DNA from: Camelus ferus
Taxonomy: Eukaryota
Reading direction: 5' to 3'
NCBI RefSeq assembly: GCF_009834535.1
Contig: NC_045696.1
Coordinates: 5,458,001 to 5,522,000 of the forward strand
Length of the DNA: 64,000 nucleotides
Made by a program: the position numbers and the translations under genes. The notes beneath the pieces were generated by a model. That model did no database searches and had not been told where the DNA came from. It saw only the letters and a list, made by a program, of their open reading frames with translations. Positions 22,155-35,200 of the stretch are shown piece after piece (the first letter of the stretch is position 1; each line of letters starts with the position of its first letter).

Positions 22155-22609
22155 GGGTGGAAGAGAGAACAGAGGTCCCCCTGAGGATGTTCAGGGTGGC
22201 TGCCCTGGGGAGGCACACGGGCAGAGGCAGGAATCTAGAAAAGCCTGGTGGGTTCCAGAAACAGGCAGCAGGCGTTGGGGGGAAGCTTGGAAGTGAGGCT
22301 GGAGGCCGGCAGGGCAGCTCGGCGTGGCCTGGAGGAGCATGGGAGGAGCCTGGCTTTTATGAGGACATCAGTGGTCGGTCCGCAGGGGTCTAGGCTTTAG
22401 GGACTGCTAAGTCTGGGGCCCAAGGGGGCCTCTCTCCTCCATCCCTAATACAACAGAGAAGCCTCCTGCTGACTTTGAGTATGGTAGCTCCCATTAAACC
22501 AAGCACTGGGGAAGCAGAGCCCAGAGATTCATACCAGTGACCATCAATCTCAGAATCAATGACTTCTGAGCTTTAGGAAGGCATTCTAGGGGTTGACATT
22601 GAAGCACGT

Positions 22610-22894
22610 CAGGCTGTCATAACAAAATGCCATAGACAAAGAGGCTTAAACCACCGACATTTACTTTCTCACAGTGCTGGAGGCTGGGAGTCAGAAACCA
22701 GGCTGCCAGGGTTCTGGCGAGAGCCCTCGTCCGGCAGGGGTGAAGAGATGGGGGGAGAGAGGGGGAGAGAGAGACAGAGAGACAGAGGCAGGGCGAGTGC
22801 ATTAAATCTAAATCCAATTACCCCACAAAAGGCCCAACTCCACACACTATCAAATACATATGGGTTGGGGGGGGGACAAAATTCAGTCCACAGC
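22610..22894 (-). mobile_element. MaLR LTR (MLT1A-like)
   Basis: cataacaaaatgccatagac...ttctcacagtgctggaggctggga...attcagtccacagca. Confidence 0.8.
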
Positions 22895-25351
22895 AGGGAC
22901 CACCTCCCAACATTGCCAGGGCACCGACTCTCTGATAGGCAGTACTGGTCACTGTGAATGTTCCCGGGGTCTCCTTGGATTTCCCTCAGTCACGTAAACT
23001 GCTGCGCAGAGGGAAGCACCGCCCTTTTCCAGGCCATCGGTGTGCTTCTCCCTGCGAAGCTCTATTTCTGGGCCGTCTGTCTCTTCTTCTGTCCCAGAGA
23101 TGGAGAAGAGCGCCCCACCGGACCTCAAGATTCGAACTCCGACAGTAAGACAGAGATGGGAGTGGGGGGGGGGGGTCTGTGCTCTGTTCAGCTTCCGGAC
23201 CCTTGCTCTGCAATCTACCCTCTGCTGAAGCCTTGTTTACAAAAACACAAACAAAAACCCAAAAAAGTGTCTTTACGTGCAGCTCCCAATTCTTAAGAAA
23301 CCAAGAGCACAACTCAAAGTATTTTGAAACCGGATTCTTTTAAACCTCTGAAGCATTCTTTCCTGAATAGCCCAAATAGCACTGAACAATTTCAACTTTA
23401 CTAAACAGTTTCATCCACAGTGTCAAAAGGAACAAAAACTTGTGCTCATAGACTTAAGAAGGCCAGTCTACCATGGGCTTAAAAATAATAAGCTTCTGAC
23501 TACTTCAATAAGCCAAGAATTGGGGCTTTTTTTCTAGCCAAAAATGGAACAAAACAAATTAATAATAGACCAGAAAAGCATAGAGCAGATTGTCACAAAC
23601 ATGGTTGCTGATTATTCTGTGTAAAAACCAGGTTAGAAAAACCTGAAAGTTTGGGGAAAACTCTTTGATTGTCTGGGCCTGGTGACATAAAGGAAAGATA
23701 ACGTTTTTTAGCCCCATAGAAGTCACTTTGAAAACAAGCACAAGCGGTTCCTCCCTAAGAACCCCTTCTCCCTGATTATTCTGGGCGCTGGCGGTCTAAG
23801 TGACAGGGCCACAGAAGCTTGGGTGCTTGAGTCAGGTCTCAAGACAGAATCTGAGAGTGACAGGAATTCAGCATGCAAACCACCAGCAGGGAAGAAAAAT
23901 AATTAAAATAAAGGAGGGTGATCACTCCGGAAACATGGCCTGTCCAGCCTTCAGTTTCTAGGACCTGCCCTGAACGAGAGGCCGTGGGAACAGCAGGGAG
24001 CATTCAGGTGGGGCAGTGCTGTCTGTAACGCACCCTAACTCCCTATGGCTTGAACTTTCATTTCTTGACAAACGAGCTCAGCCGATCTTCAACAGGACCA
24101 TCCACCCGTCCACGAGTTCCTCATCCATCAGCCCACGTCGTGTAGTCTCTGTTCTGGCTGACTTCCCTTCTGCTTCTGCTCTCAGGCCACACTTGTTCCC
24201 TTTCAGATCCTTAAATAGACTCTCTCCTTCCCTCCTGTACAAATGTCCTGCTTTGTGCGCGTTTCCCCTCCCCCTCCCCCCGCACCCCACTCCTGCTGCG
24301 TCCCCCTTGCAGCCGGGATCCTTCACTCCCCGTGCCACTCACCGGATGCTATGTTATCAGTTTTATCCATGGGATTTTATCATTTCTTTGTGCAAACCTT
24401 GGGCGACCGCCCACCCTTCCCACTGGTCAGTAACTCCAAAAAGACACAGCAGGGGCCACTTTCTGTGTTTTCCACCGTTGTCGCAGCTGCTGACTCGTAG
24501 TATTTGACACAAAGAAGCCCAAAGGAAAGATGTGAATGAACCAACAGAGAAGTTGCCCAGGTCTCCAAAAGCTAAACGGTGCTTCTTTGTAACTGGGATA
24601 CAGTTCCTGACCTGAAAACGAGCGCTTGGTTTCTGCGGCCTCTCCTGAGGATGAAACAGGTTTGCAAAATTTTTCAGCACGTTAGGTATTTCGGCTTTAT
24701 GTGCCTTTCAAACAACTTCATTTACTGCTCAGAAGAAGTAGAACCTGGCTTATTTCAATGGAAGAGGAAGAAGTGACATTAAGGCTTTCACCCGCCACCG
24801 TTCACACGGGGGAGGCTGATGGGCTACTAGAGGCAAAGCGTGGGGTGTTTGGGTAACGCTCAGAAACCCCTGTCAGGATGCTTTAGCATGAAGGGGAACA
24901 AAAAGCCGTGCAGAGAAGAAAGATGGGGGGCTAACGGTCCCCACGGTACAAGTTGCAGCCTCTGCCCTCTGGCTCCAGGAGGTAGGCTTACGATGATTAA
25001 GAGGATGGAAGATAATCTTGGTTCAGAAAATAGTGCACATCCAATAATAAACCATGGCTGTCCAAACACAAAATTCAAAAGCCTACCTGATTTGTCAGCA
25101 CAGCAGGAGTGGCCCAGAAGCAGTGCAGCCTCGGCAGAGCCGCCTCCCGGCGCGCAGACCTGCATCCTCCGGGGCGCACGTAGACCGCCCTGCAGCTGCC
25201 ACTTCCTCTAGCTGTGGGAGCACTTCCTCTCCATGGCGTTCATCACCCACAGCTACCTCTGAAGCCCGACAGGAGGCAGCCACAAAAACCTACAAACAAG
25301 CAAAAAAGCTGAATCACACATCGTCACCCTCGCTCACCCTGGCAGGCTTAC

Positions 25352-25605
25352 TCTTGAGGCTGTCGGCGGTCGCTGCAATCACTATCGTTTCTCTTCTGCT
25401 GGAATGTCCTTTGGCCCGTGGGTTATTTCAGGCCCTCAGTCCCCTTGCAGGAGGTGTGGTGAAACATTCTGACTTCACGGCGGATGATCTTGTAACGAGT
25501 GGGTGATTTCTACCTCGAGGTGGTGGACTATTTCCTTATGCCTCTCATTTTTTCCTATACAGTAATCACATAGCTTCCTCCAGCTTGTCACTACTTGTTG
25601 ATTGT
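25352..25605 (-). other. B3GALT5: Probable B3GALT5 internal 5'UTR exon (exon-2 equivalent)
   Basis: Donor CAAGA|gtaagc (25351-25346) and acceptor cctcccactttcttaaag| at 25606; a weaker alternative acceptor at 25555. Non-repeat sequence, with size and position compatible with the human gene layout. Inference only. Confidence 0.5.
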
Positions 25606-25964
25606 CTTTAAGAAAGTGGGAGGATGCTACTGATGACACATGACTAGGAAATGAGTTTTTTTTTTTCTAGTAGAAATAGAGAAAATCTCATTACTTCTGC
25701 CCATTGGGTTCTAGATCTCTTGGCCTGGCCAGAAGTAGATCCCTGTCTCCAAGCTCTGGACAAAATGTAGACACCGTGACCCCTGGCCAAGGAACGCACT
25801 GATGAGGGAGGGTTTGGCATTCGGATCTGGAGTTAGGCAATAGGGACCATCCTCACTCCCCCCTTCAGGCTGAAGGAAATTAGGATCCACTCAGTGACAC
25901 AAGTACCAGATTCGTGCCCATTTCCACTGTTCTATCTCCCAAATTTAGACTTAACCACCTCCAC

Positions 25965-26468
25965 TCCAGCCTCTGTGCTGTCAATCAGAATTTTTCAAAA
26001 CCACGAGTCCACGAGTGTCATTCCAACACTTAAAGCTTTCCAGTGACAGCCCATCACTTCCACAGTGCCCAGACACTCCTGCCACAAGACGGTTTAAAGT
26101 CCCAGAGTGCATCATTTTCTTTCAGATCATCATGCTGCTCTCCCTGGCCAGAATGCCCATGGTCTACCGACTGATCTTTTAATCCTTTTGGATCCAGCTC
26201 AAACTTTGCCCCGTCAGTGAAGCTTCCCTGACATCTCCTCCAACAAGTAGGTTTAATCATCCCCTTCCATCCACCACAATCCCTTGTACGTACCTTTACC
26301 ATGCCACCACCAATTATAGTTATATGTTTATATGCCTCTCTCCTACTCTGCTGTAAGCGGCTTGGGACAGGAAATATTTTATCCATATTTACTTAAATCT
26401 CAATACCTCATAAAGTACTTTTCACATAAGAGATGCTCATTAAACATTTACTGGGTGCATAAGTAAAT
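25965..26468 (+). mobile_element. L2 3' part
   Basis: ttaaagctttccagtg...gtgaagcttccctgac...gatgctcattaaacatttactg. Confidence 0.75.
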
Positions 26469-26474
26469 ATTTCC

Positions 26475-26901
26475 TGTTATGGGTGGAATTGTGTTCCCCT
26501 CAAATCCAAATGCTGAAGTCCTAACCCTCAGGACCTCAATGTGACCTTATTTAGAAATAGGGACATTGCATATGTAATTAGTTAAGATGAGGTCATACCA
26601 GAATAGCATGGGCCCTTAATCCAGTATGACTGGTGTCCTTATAAAAGGGGGAAATCTGGACACGCCACGGACACAGGGAGAACACCACATGAAGATGAAG
26701 ACGGGGTGGTGCTTCTACAAGTCAAGGAACATCAAAATTTGTCATCAAATCATGCAGCTAGAGGAGGGGCCTGGAGCAGATTCTCCCTCAAAGCCTCAGA
26801 ACTTGCTGACACCTTGATCTCAGACTTGCAGCCTCCAAAGCTGCGAGACAAGCCATTCACGCTGTGGTGCTTTGTTCTGTGAGTCCTAGAACACCTATAC
26901 A
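26475..26901 (+). mobile_element. MaLR LTR (MLT1B/C-like)
   Basis: tgttatgggtggaattgtg...ctgaagtcctaaccc...tgactggtgtccttataaaagggg. Confidence 0.9.
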
Positions 26902-27483
26902 CTTACTAAGTAAATAGATGAATAAAGTTATTCAAGTGGTTATTATCTGAGTATCTGCATCGGGCTTTGTGCGAGCTTTGCTAAGCAGCAAACACAATAG
27001 CAGTATTAGGCAGAATTCCGCCCACAAGCAACGTTGCATTTAGATCTGTCAGAACATGCTTCCTCCTCTCTCTGTGCATATTTTGACAGGAAAAGTGTTT
27101 TTCCAAAGTTTTCCAAACATTTTCCCCACTAGATTCTTATTTCTGTTTAAAGAAAGCTCTATAGGGAGGAACTGTTTCCAAAAAGTAGACAAAGGGTTAC
27201 AACATTCAAGACTCGAAAACAGCTGGGGGTTATTTTCATTCCTCTGTGTCCCATCCTTCCTCTGTTTTTTTCTGCCTCCTCTTACCTCCCAGGGACTGCC
27301 CTGTCTCCTCTGGCCACCTCTAGGTAACCACAGCTTTTCAGTGAATCTACAGAAACCACTTTTCCTGAAATGGAAAAAAAAAAAAAAGAGTACTAACCTA
27401 CAAACATCATCTCCTAGTCAGATGCCAGTCACCTCCTGTGCCTTTCACTGCACAGAAAACCCAGCACAGAATCCACTGATGGT

Positions 27484-28116
27484 TGTGAGACAGGAGGGGA
27501 GGAGGTAGGTCACAAGCATGGAAGGAATGACTCAGCAATTGAGGATGCAACATAAACTGGTTAAAACCAACTCAGCCCAAGATGGCGGAGGATTTGACTT
27601 CCAGTGGACCTTGAGTCTCCTTATATGCCCACTGTAACACATTAGCTGCTAAATGACACACCCACAGGTTCCATGACGGTTCTGAGGCTGACTATAAAAG
27701 ATCAAAATGTGGGCAGTGGACCAGTTCTGGGAAATCCCTGTCCCACGCCCGAAATAGTTGGAAAAATCCTCCCACCTGTACTAAGCTCATAAAACTAATC
27801 ACCCCTGCACCCCAAGGCCTATTGCCACTTGAGATGGCCTGCATTCTGCCCATGGAACGTGTATCTTCTAAGCTGTTCTCACTTCCTGAGATGACCCCAT
27901 GCCCTGAGGCCGCCTCTCTTGTCTCCTGAGACAGCCCGCACTCTGTCTTTGGAATGTGTATCTCTCTAAACAAACTTGCTTTCACTTTACTATGACTTAC
28001 TCTCGAATTCTTTCCTATGAGAAGCCAAGGACCCTCACTTGACAAGGCACATCCCAGGGACTCTCCCAAGACCTGGGACATGACTGTCCTCTCGTGCCCC
28101 TCATTTTCCTGCAGCA
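27484..28116 (+). mobile_element. Solo ERV1 LTR, MER41-like
   Basis: Blocks caagatggcg, cattagctgctaaatgacacacccac, ccatgac, cagttctgggaa, aaacttgctttcactttac and gaattctttc...ccaaggaccctc follow the order of the recalled MER41 consensus. No clean TSD seen. Confidence 0.8.
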
Positions 28117-29319
28117 GAAGGAGCCAGAAATGTGTGAGAGAGACAGTTCACTGACCTAAGTCACCAATTCTCAAGAAGTCCTGAATGAGTTCCTGACATG
28201 GGGTGTCGGGAGAATGGGGCTGAGGTTGCCAGAGGGAGTGAACAGAACTAAGGCCCAGATGCTCAGGAAATTTCCCCTCAGACACGTGGGTTTCTTATGG
28301 ATTCTGCTTCCTGCTCACTCACATTCACTTCACTCCAAATCTGCGTGAAAGCACACAGATTTCATTAAAGATAACTTTGGCAGGAAAGCCACAGATTTTA
28401 ATGTGAAATGATTCACAGTGAAAATATGACACTTTTTAAAAGCTCATTAAAATTGTTGAACATTGATGGGTTTGTTAGCAAGACCTACTGTTCCACTTAA
28501 TGACACCCCTTCATTTTTTCACTGGTCTCTGGCACTGAGTGCTGGTTGTTACAGAACAGGCTGGGACCATTTTCCTATAAAAACCAAAGCTGGAAATGTG
28601 CCCTAAGGATTTTACAGAGAATATGTATTTTTATTTCAATAATAAAAGAAGCAAAACATACCAGTTGGAGAAACAAGAACTCAAATGTATACTAAAATAA
28701 GTGAGTTATAAGCATCATTTTCAAATCTGAGTCATTTTCACTTTAAACCTGCATTTCCATTATTATAACTACATGTACTCCTGAATAGCAACTGTATATG
28801 GTCGCTGTATGTAGACTCAAGAGGAAAACAACAGGCCATCGTCCTGGCAATAGAGCAAGAAAGCCACGGATTAACATTAAGTTTAACAAGATCATCAAAA
28901 ATCCCATCCACTTACAAATAAGGGAAGGGGGGAAATTAAACGCACAATAACAGATCACTTATAAAATAAAACAAAACAAAAAAGAACACTAGATAAGATT
29001 CTTTAGAATGTGTTCAAAGTTGCTTTCAGAGGCCAATGCATAGCCTTAAGTATTTCCATTATTAAAGAAAAGAAAGAAGAGGACTAAGCTCTCAAAGAAT
29101 TTAGAAAATAGACAAAAATTACAGAAAAGAGCAAGAATAAGAAAACTAAAAGCAGGATTGAATTAATCTAAACATTAAAACAAGATATTATTGATAAGTA
29201 CATATATAGTCTCTCTTTGAAATGGACTAAGCTCTAGCGTATCCAGTATAGAAGAAGGGACAGGAAAAAACAAAATGAGAAATGGAAAAATGGGAAATGA
29301 TAACATAGAGAAGACAATC

Positions 29320-29550
29320 TAGATGTTAAGAGTTCTGTGTTTGGGACCCAAGGGAACTGAGTCAAATCTTAAGTCGGCCACCTGCTGGTTATGAGACTTG
29401 AGCATATTTACTTTCTTAAGACTCAGGTTTCTCTATAAATGAGAAATGGAAAACTTGTAAAATGGAAAATAATACTGATTACCTCCTAAGGTTTTTGTGA
29501 AAGTCAGATCAGTACTTCACAGTATCCAGGAACCAGTAAGCTCTCAGGCA
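29320..29550 (+). mobile_element. MIR SINE
   Basis: gacttgagcatatttactt...ctcaggtttc...gtaaaatgg...acctcctaagg. Confidence 0.6.
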
Positions 29551-30071
29551 TTATTCTAGATCATTCTAAGACTCCCATGACGTTAGTTCATTTGATCTGT
29601 AAAGCCCTACCATCCCTTCTTGCGTCTGCTCAGGATATACTCACTTAGTGTGGCCCTGCTAGGTCCACTGTGCAGGGTGACACTTGTAATTTCATCTTCA
29701 AGATAATGCAATTCATAGAAATTAGTGAAAGGTCAGATTCTTCCAAGTCTGAAATGGAACTGACATGGCTGTGCATAAGCTGGTGAGGGTGCAGCCAACA
29801 TGGACTGATCTGACTAAAGTCAAAATGTCCTCCAAAAACTATGTCCATACAGCACGGTTTCATGCTACAAGAAGCTTCCGACTAAAATGTAGAGAGCTGA
29901 CCTGGTTAAAATCTGCAGGCATAAAGGCAGACATTGAAATGTCAAGAGTAAGATAATATCTAGGAAGAAAATAATGAAGAGCAAAGAACAGAATTTAGAA
30001 CAAGAGTCGGGTGGGAAGACAAATGGAGGTGGAAAGGGATCAACTGGACACATATGAGAAAAGCCAGATTA

Positions 30072-30400
30072 GAGTTGTCCCTTGGTGTCCCCCAGGGATT
30101 GGGTCCAGGATCCCCGTGACTACCAGAATCCAAGGATGCTCAAGTCTCTTATATAAAATGGCATAGTATTTGCACATAACCTGGGCACATCCTCTGGTTT
30201 ACTTTAAATCATCTCTAGATAACTTATAATACTTAACACACTTTAAGTGCTATGTCAATAGTTGTAAATACAATGTAAATGCTATGTAAACTCCAAGTTT
30301 TGCTTTTTGATATTTTCTGTAACTTCTCCCCCCAAATGTCTTCTCTCCATGGTCAGTTGAATTCAAGGATGCAAAACCCACAGATACAGAGGGCAAGCTG
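30072..30400 (+). mobile_element. MER2/MER2B (TcMar-Tigger) MITE
   Basis: TA flanks, terminal inverted repeats (gagttgtcccttggt...agagggcaagctg), internal gatgctcaagtctcttatataaaatggcatagtatttgca. Confidence 0.9.
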
Positions 30401-30429
30401 TAACGTAACTGTAACTGTAAGTCTGACCA

Positions 30430-30640
30430 TAACACTTCCCGTGTACAAGCTACTGTGCTAAGCACATTTCATGTGCTTACTCATTCAGTCTTCAGCCACA
30501 CACCTACAAGGTGGGCACTAATGTCCTCCTTCACCAAGGGGAATTCCACAGAGTGAAGTCACCAGCCGGGGTCCTAGAGTGAATTAATGGTCAAAATTAG
30601 CATCTACAGCCAGGCAGAGGTCCACAGTCCTAAACCCCAC
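30430..30640 (-). mobile_element. MIR SINE
   Basis: ctgtgctaagcacatttcatgtg...tcattcagtcttcagc...aaggtggg. Confidence 0.55.
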
Positions 30641-31084
30641 TGCTCACTCCCCACCTCGGCATCACTGAGAAGTGTTCCAGGGACCAAAGGAGACTAAAGA
30701 AGGAAGGAGTCATCATCAATGCACAAAAAATTGTGGAGCCAGAGCTATTGCAGCTTCAGTGGAGGAACTGTGGCTAAAATCAGACAGCAGATGACAATCC
30801 TAAGGAAGAAAAAGAAGGTGGTAGGGAGAAGTTGGCTTAAATAAAACTTTCCACACAAAGAACCAACAGTTTAAAAGACAAAGATTCAAAACATGGGGTG
30901 TGGAAAAGGGAGAGAAGGAACAGATCTGCTGGTCAAGCCTAAGGACAGGACAAACTAGGACAGTAAAACATGATAACTGATGGGGAACTATGATGGAGAG
31001 ATAAAAGCAGAAAAGAAATAAATGCCAATAAACATCTTTCCCAGAAATAAAATTCATGACAGTAAGAGTATCTTACCTGTTAAT

Positions 31085-32250
31085 AGCAGGGGCTCATCCA
31101 CAACAACAAAAAAACAAACAACTTGATCTAAAAATGGGCAAAAGGGGGCAGGGGGTGGGAAGAGATAGACTGGGATTTCAAAATTGTTGAATAGATAAAC
31201 AAGATTATACTGTATAGCACAGGGAAATAGATACAAGATCTTATGGTAGCTCACAGAGAAAAAAAATGTGACAATGAATATATATATGTTCATGTATAAC
31301 TGAAAAATTGTGCTCTACACTGGAATTTGACACAACATTGTAAAATGATTATAAATCAATAAAAAGTGTTAAAAAAATGGGCAAAAGACTTGAATAGACA
31401 TTTCTCCACAGAAGATATCAGGCGTCCAATAAACTGATGAAAAAGTGCTTAACATCACTAATCATTAGGGAAATGCAAATCAAAGCCGCAGTGAGATACT
31501 ACTTTGCACTCACCAGGATGGTTATTACAAAAACAAATACATCTTCTTTAAAATTAACAAGTTTTGGCAAATATGTAAAGAAACTGGACCCCACCCTGTG
31601 CACTGCTGGTGGGAATGTAAAATGGTGCAGCACTGTAAAAAACAGGGTAGCAATTTCTAAAACAAAACAAAACAAAACATAAAATTACCATATGATCCAG
31701 TAATTCCAATTCTGAGTATATACCCAAAATAAATGAAAGCAGAGACTGAAACAAATATTTGAACACCCACGTTCATAACAGGGTTATTCACAATAACCAA
31801 AACATGAAAGAAATCTAGGTCTCCATTGATGGATGAATGGATAAACAACATATACATACAATGGAATAGTATTCAGCCTTGAAAAGGAAAGAAATTCTGA
31901 CACACGCTACAACGTGGATGAAACTTGAAGACATTATGCTGAGTGAAATAAGCCAGTCACAGAAGGACAAATACTGTGTGATTCCACTTATATGAGGTCC
32001 CTGGAATGGTCAAATCCATAAAGACAGAAGGCAGAATGGTGGTTGCCAGAAGGTGGGGACTATGTGAAGAAGTGACTGACAGTGGTTCCAGTGTTTCCTT
32101 TGGGGTGATGAAAATGTTCTGCAACTGGACAGTGGGGATGGTTGCAAAACACTGTGAATGTACCAACTGTTGTGGAATTGTAAACTCCATGGATAAAATA
32201 TACGCTATGGATATTATACTCCAATAAAACTATTCATAAAAAAGAAAGGA
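31085..32250 (+). mobile_element. Old L1 (L1M) ORF2 end and 3'UTR
   Basis: ORF remnant MKKCLTSLIIREMQIK and canonical L1 3' sequence ending in aataaaac plus A-rich tail. Confidence 0.92.
31145..31372 (+). mobile_element. Young lineage-specific (camelid-type) L1 3' end nested in the older L1
   Basis: Perfect 15-bp TSD aaaaatgggcaaaag (31130-31144, 31373-31387); ends ttgacacaacattgtaaaatgattataaatcaataaaaa. Confidence 0.88.
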
Positions 32251-35200
32251 AAGAATCAAAGATTGAAAAGAAGCCCAAAATTAGAGTAAGAAGGAATACA
32301 GAGTCCTTTCTGACAGAGTAAGGCAGGTTTTCCCACACTGGGCACCCCTAGACATCATGCCAACCTGGGTGTGTTTGAGGGCAGTGGGGTGGGGGGTGGG
32401 AGGGAGGTGGAACTTCAAGTTGGGGAACCACTAGATTGAACAAAATTAAACAGGTTTCTTTACTGCAAAACTTCTTGGAAACTTAACAAAATTCACATGC
32501 AGAGTGAATCTCAAAAGAGGATTCAGAGGCAGGGTTGCCCAAGTTTCTTTGATCTTCAAACAGTGTGTGAGAAACATATCCCACAGACTAATGAAGAAAT
32601 CAAACAGATAAAGAAAAGACTGACTGACCGGGGTCAGCGAGAGTGAGAGCCGCCAGGCCCTATGAATCTGAGTAGCCAACCACGTGAAAAATGCCTTTCC
32701 AACCTCAGCAGTCTTCTTCTCTAACTATTCAAATCTCCCACATGGTGTTGGGCGCTGTAGATTTTTGCCGGCCTGAAAAAGCTCCTCTGCTTAACCTGAT
32801 GGAACAGCAAGTGCAGAATGCTCGGCCACTGTACAGATGATCCAAGACGGAGCTTCAGTTGAAGGCAAGTGGTAAGAGTACATTAGAAGTCAGCAAAACA
32901 AGACACTGAAAAAGTGCGTGTGCGATGATGGACCTAAGTGCAACACCGTGTCTAAAATGGCAGGTGTAGGTCTGTCAAAGAGCAGCTCAGAGAACACTGC
33001 GTATTTTCCTTGCAGTTTAGTTATCTTTCTTATAAATGATTTTCTCACACAGGAGTCAGCTGGTAAACTGACTTTTAGAGCAGGAGCAAGAACAATATCT
33101 ATAAGAGAGTGAGGATAGAGAGAAAAAACTTCAGTCTTGGAATAATGAATCTTCCTTGTACTTTTTCAGGGGATAACTTGCTTAGTTACTAACTAGTGAA
33201 GAGGGCATCTGGGCATTTTGTTCTTGAGAAAGCCAAATAAGGGTATCAAAAAATCCAGTTTCAGTTATGTATGGGTTCTCCAGAAAACTCTGAGAGTTAG
33301 CTGTGGAGCATTTGTGGCAGGCTGTATCTACGGAATGTCAAACACCATCCTTCCGTACTCACCTCCCCCTTAGTAAAGCCATCTCTCTACGATTTATTTG
33401 CCTCATTCGAATTTCTCAATTCCTTAATTCACGTCCAATTATAATGGGTCATTGTGTCTTTCCAAAGATTCCAATCACCTTGGTATGGTGCCAGACTGCA
33501 TACAAAGCAGGCTTTGAACACCCACTCTGACCCACTGCTGATGGGTGGAATAATATTAGCAACTCTTATTGCTTAACTGCGTGATAGGGCAGCGAGATAC
33601 TTCTTTCCGCACTTTATACCTACTGAAATGAAGCAAACAGTAAGTTCAAATGGGCCTAAAATATATAAGCAACACTCAAATGAAGGAACACAACCCTCAG
33701 CATAACCTTCGAAAGCAGTGGTCAGGGAAAAATGCTGAAAACACCAGAATTTTATGTGTACCTTTAACGGGGAGGTGAACATGAGAAAAGGTCAGGAACT
33801 GAAATTCATCAAAGTCTTACTTGCCTCCCTCGCCAGGCTGTAGAACAGTGAACAGAGGTGGAAGTGGGAAACCTGCGGGAAACGGTCCTCTAGAGTAAAA
33901 TGAGATTAAGCCTCCAGACTTGCCTTCTCGCTTTCCACAGGGAAAGGGAGATCCCCACTGCAAGGAGAAGCAGCATCTTCCCCCAGGGATACCTCTAGCA
34001 ACAATCAGAACTTCTCAGAAAACCAGAGGAGATGTTCCAGAGAAGCTGAGAGGGTCGGCGCAATCTTGCAAGAGTTCCAGAAGGAAAGAACTGAGGGAAT
34101 AGCAGAGAAGAAACATGAGCTGAAACTTTTCCAGAATTGAAGATACAAGTCCTCAAATCAAAACTGCACCCTAAGTACCCCGCATGATAAATAAAGATAA
34201 ATCTGCACCACAGCACATCACGGGGAACTGCAGAACAAGGAGGATAGGGAGAAAGTCTCAAAAGCTATCAGAGAGAAAGGCAAAGTGTCCACAAAATCCT
34301 GATGATTAGATTGACAGAAATTTCTCATGACTGATAATATAATAACAGAGTCTTAATTTCAAAATGCTGGAAGGAAATAATTGCCAATCTAGAGTTTTAT
34401 ACTTAAACTAACATGCAGGCATTTTTCAAACACACAAATAGTAAGAAAATTTATGACCCATGTAGCATCACTAAAATAGTTATTAATGGATACGCTTCAG
34501 CAAGATGTACAAACTCAGACCTATGTCATGGGATACAGAACACAATGGCATAGAAATTAACCAAATATGTGATTGAATCAATTTATGTCCCATATAAAGA
34601 ACAAATTTTTCGTGTTCAGAAAGTTAAAGCCAAACTCCAGAAACAGTTACAAAATAAAAGAAAGAGGTTGTTTGATAATTAAAAGTGTACTAAGGTCCTT
34701 GTCATGAAAGGGAAAATGATAGAAAGACTGAAAAACTTTAAACTACATATGGTTAAAAAAGCATGACTCAAAATTATAGCTAATCACTAAAATAATGCAA
34801 GTACAGTCTGTGGCTTGCAAACCAGCAAAGGGAGAAAAACGGAAACATAGGCAACTTTATCAATTCAATGGGAGGTATAAAAATGAAGAAAAGAGAACTA
34901 AGGAAAAAAGCTGGTAAAGAAAAAACACATGAGATAATAGAATTAAATTCCAGAACCTCACAAATCATACATATTATAAATGGATTAAACGCACTTATCC
35001 AAAAACAGAATTTATTAGATTGGGGGGAAACACATCTATATGTAGGTCTAAACAACACATCCAAAGTAAAGGTACAAAAAGAGATGGGGCAGATAGCTGC
35101 AGTGCCAGGCAGCGAGATGGGATGGGGGAGATGCCCAGCGAAGCTATTTGACACAGTAGAGAATTCAAGTCAAAAGCAGCAACTCAACACAGCAGTACGC

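Noticed and set aside
31437..31682. ORF MKKCLTSLIIREMQIK (also 54025-54337 and 58616-58810)
   Set aside because: Fragments of degraded L1 ORF2, not host genes.
32690..33800. Possible processed pseudogene or plus-strand exon (donor gtaaga at ~32872)
   Set aside because: Only short ORFs, no recognisable protein similarity, no poly(A)/TSD; not supportable without a database search.
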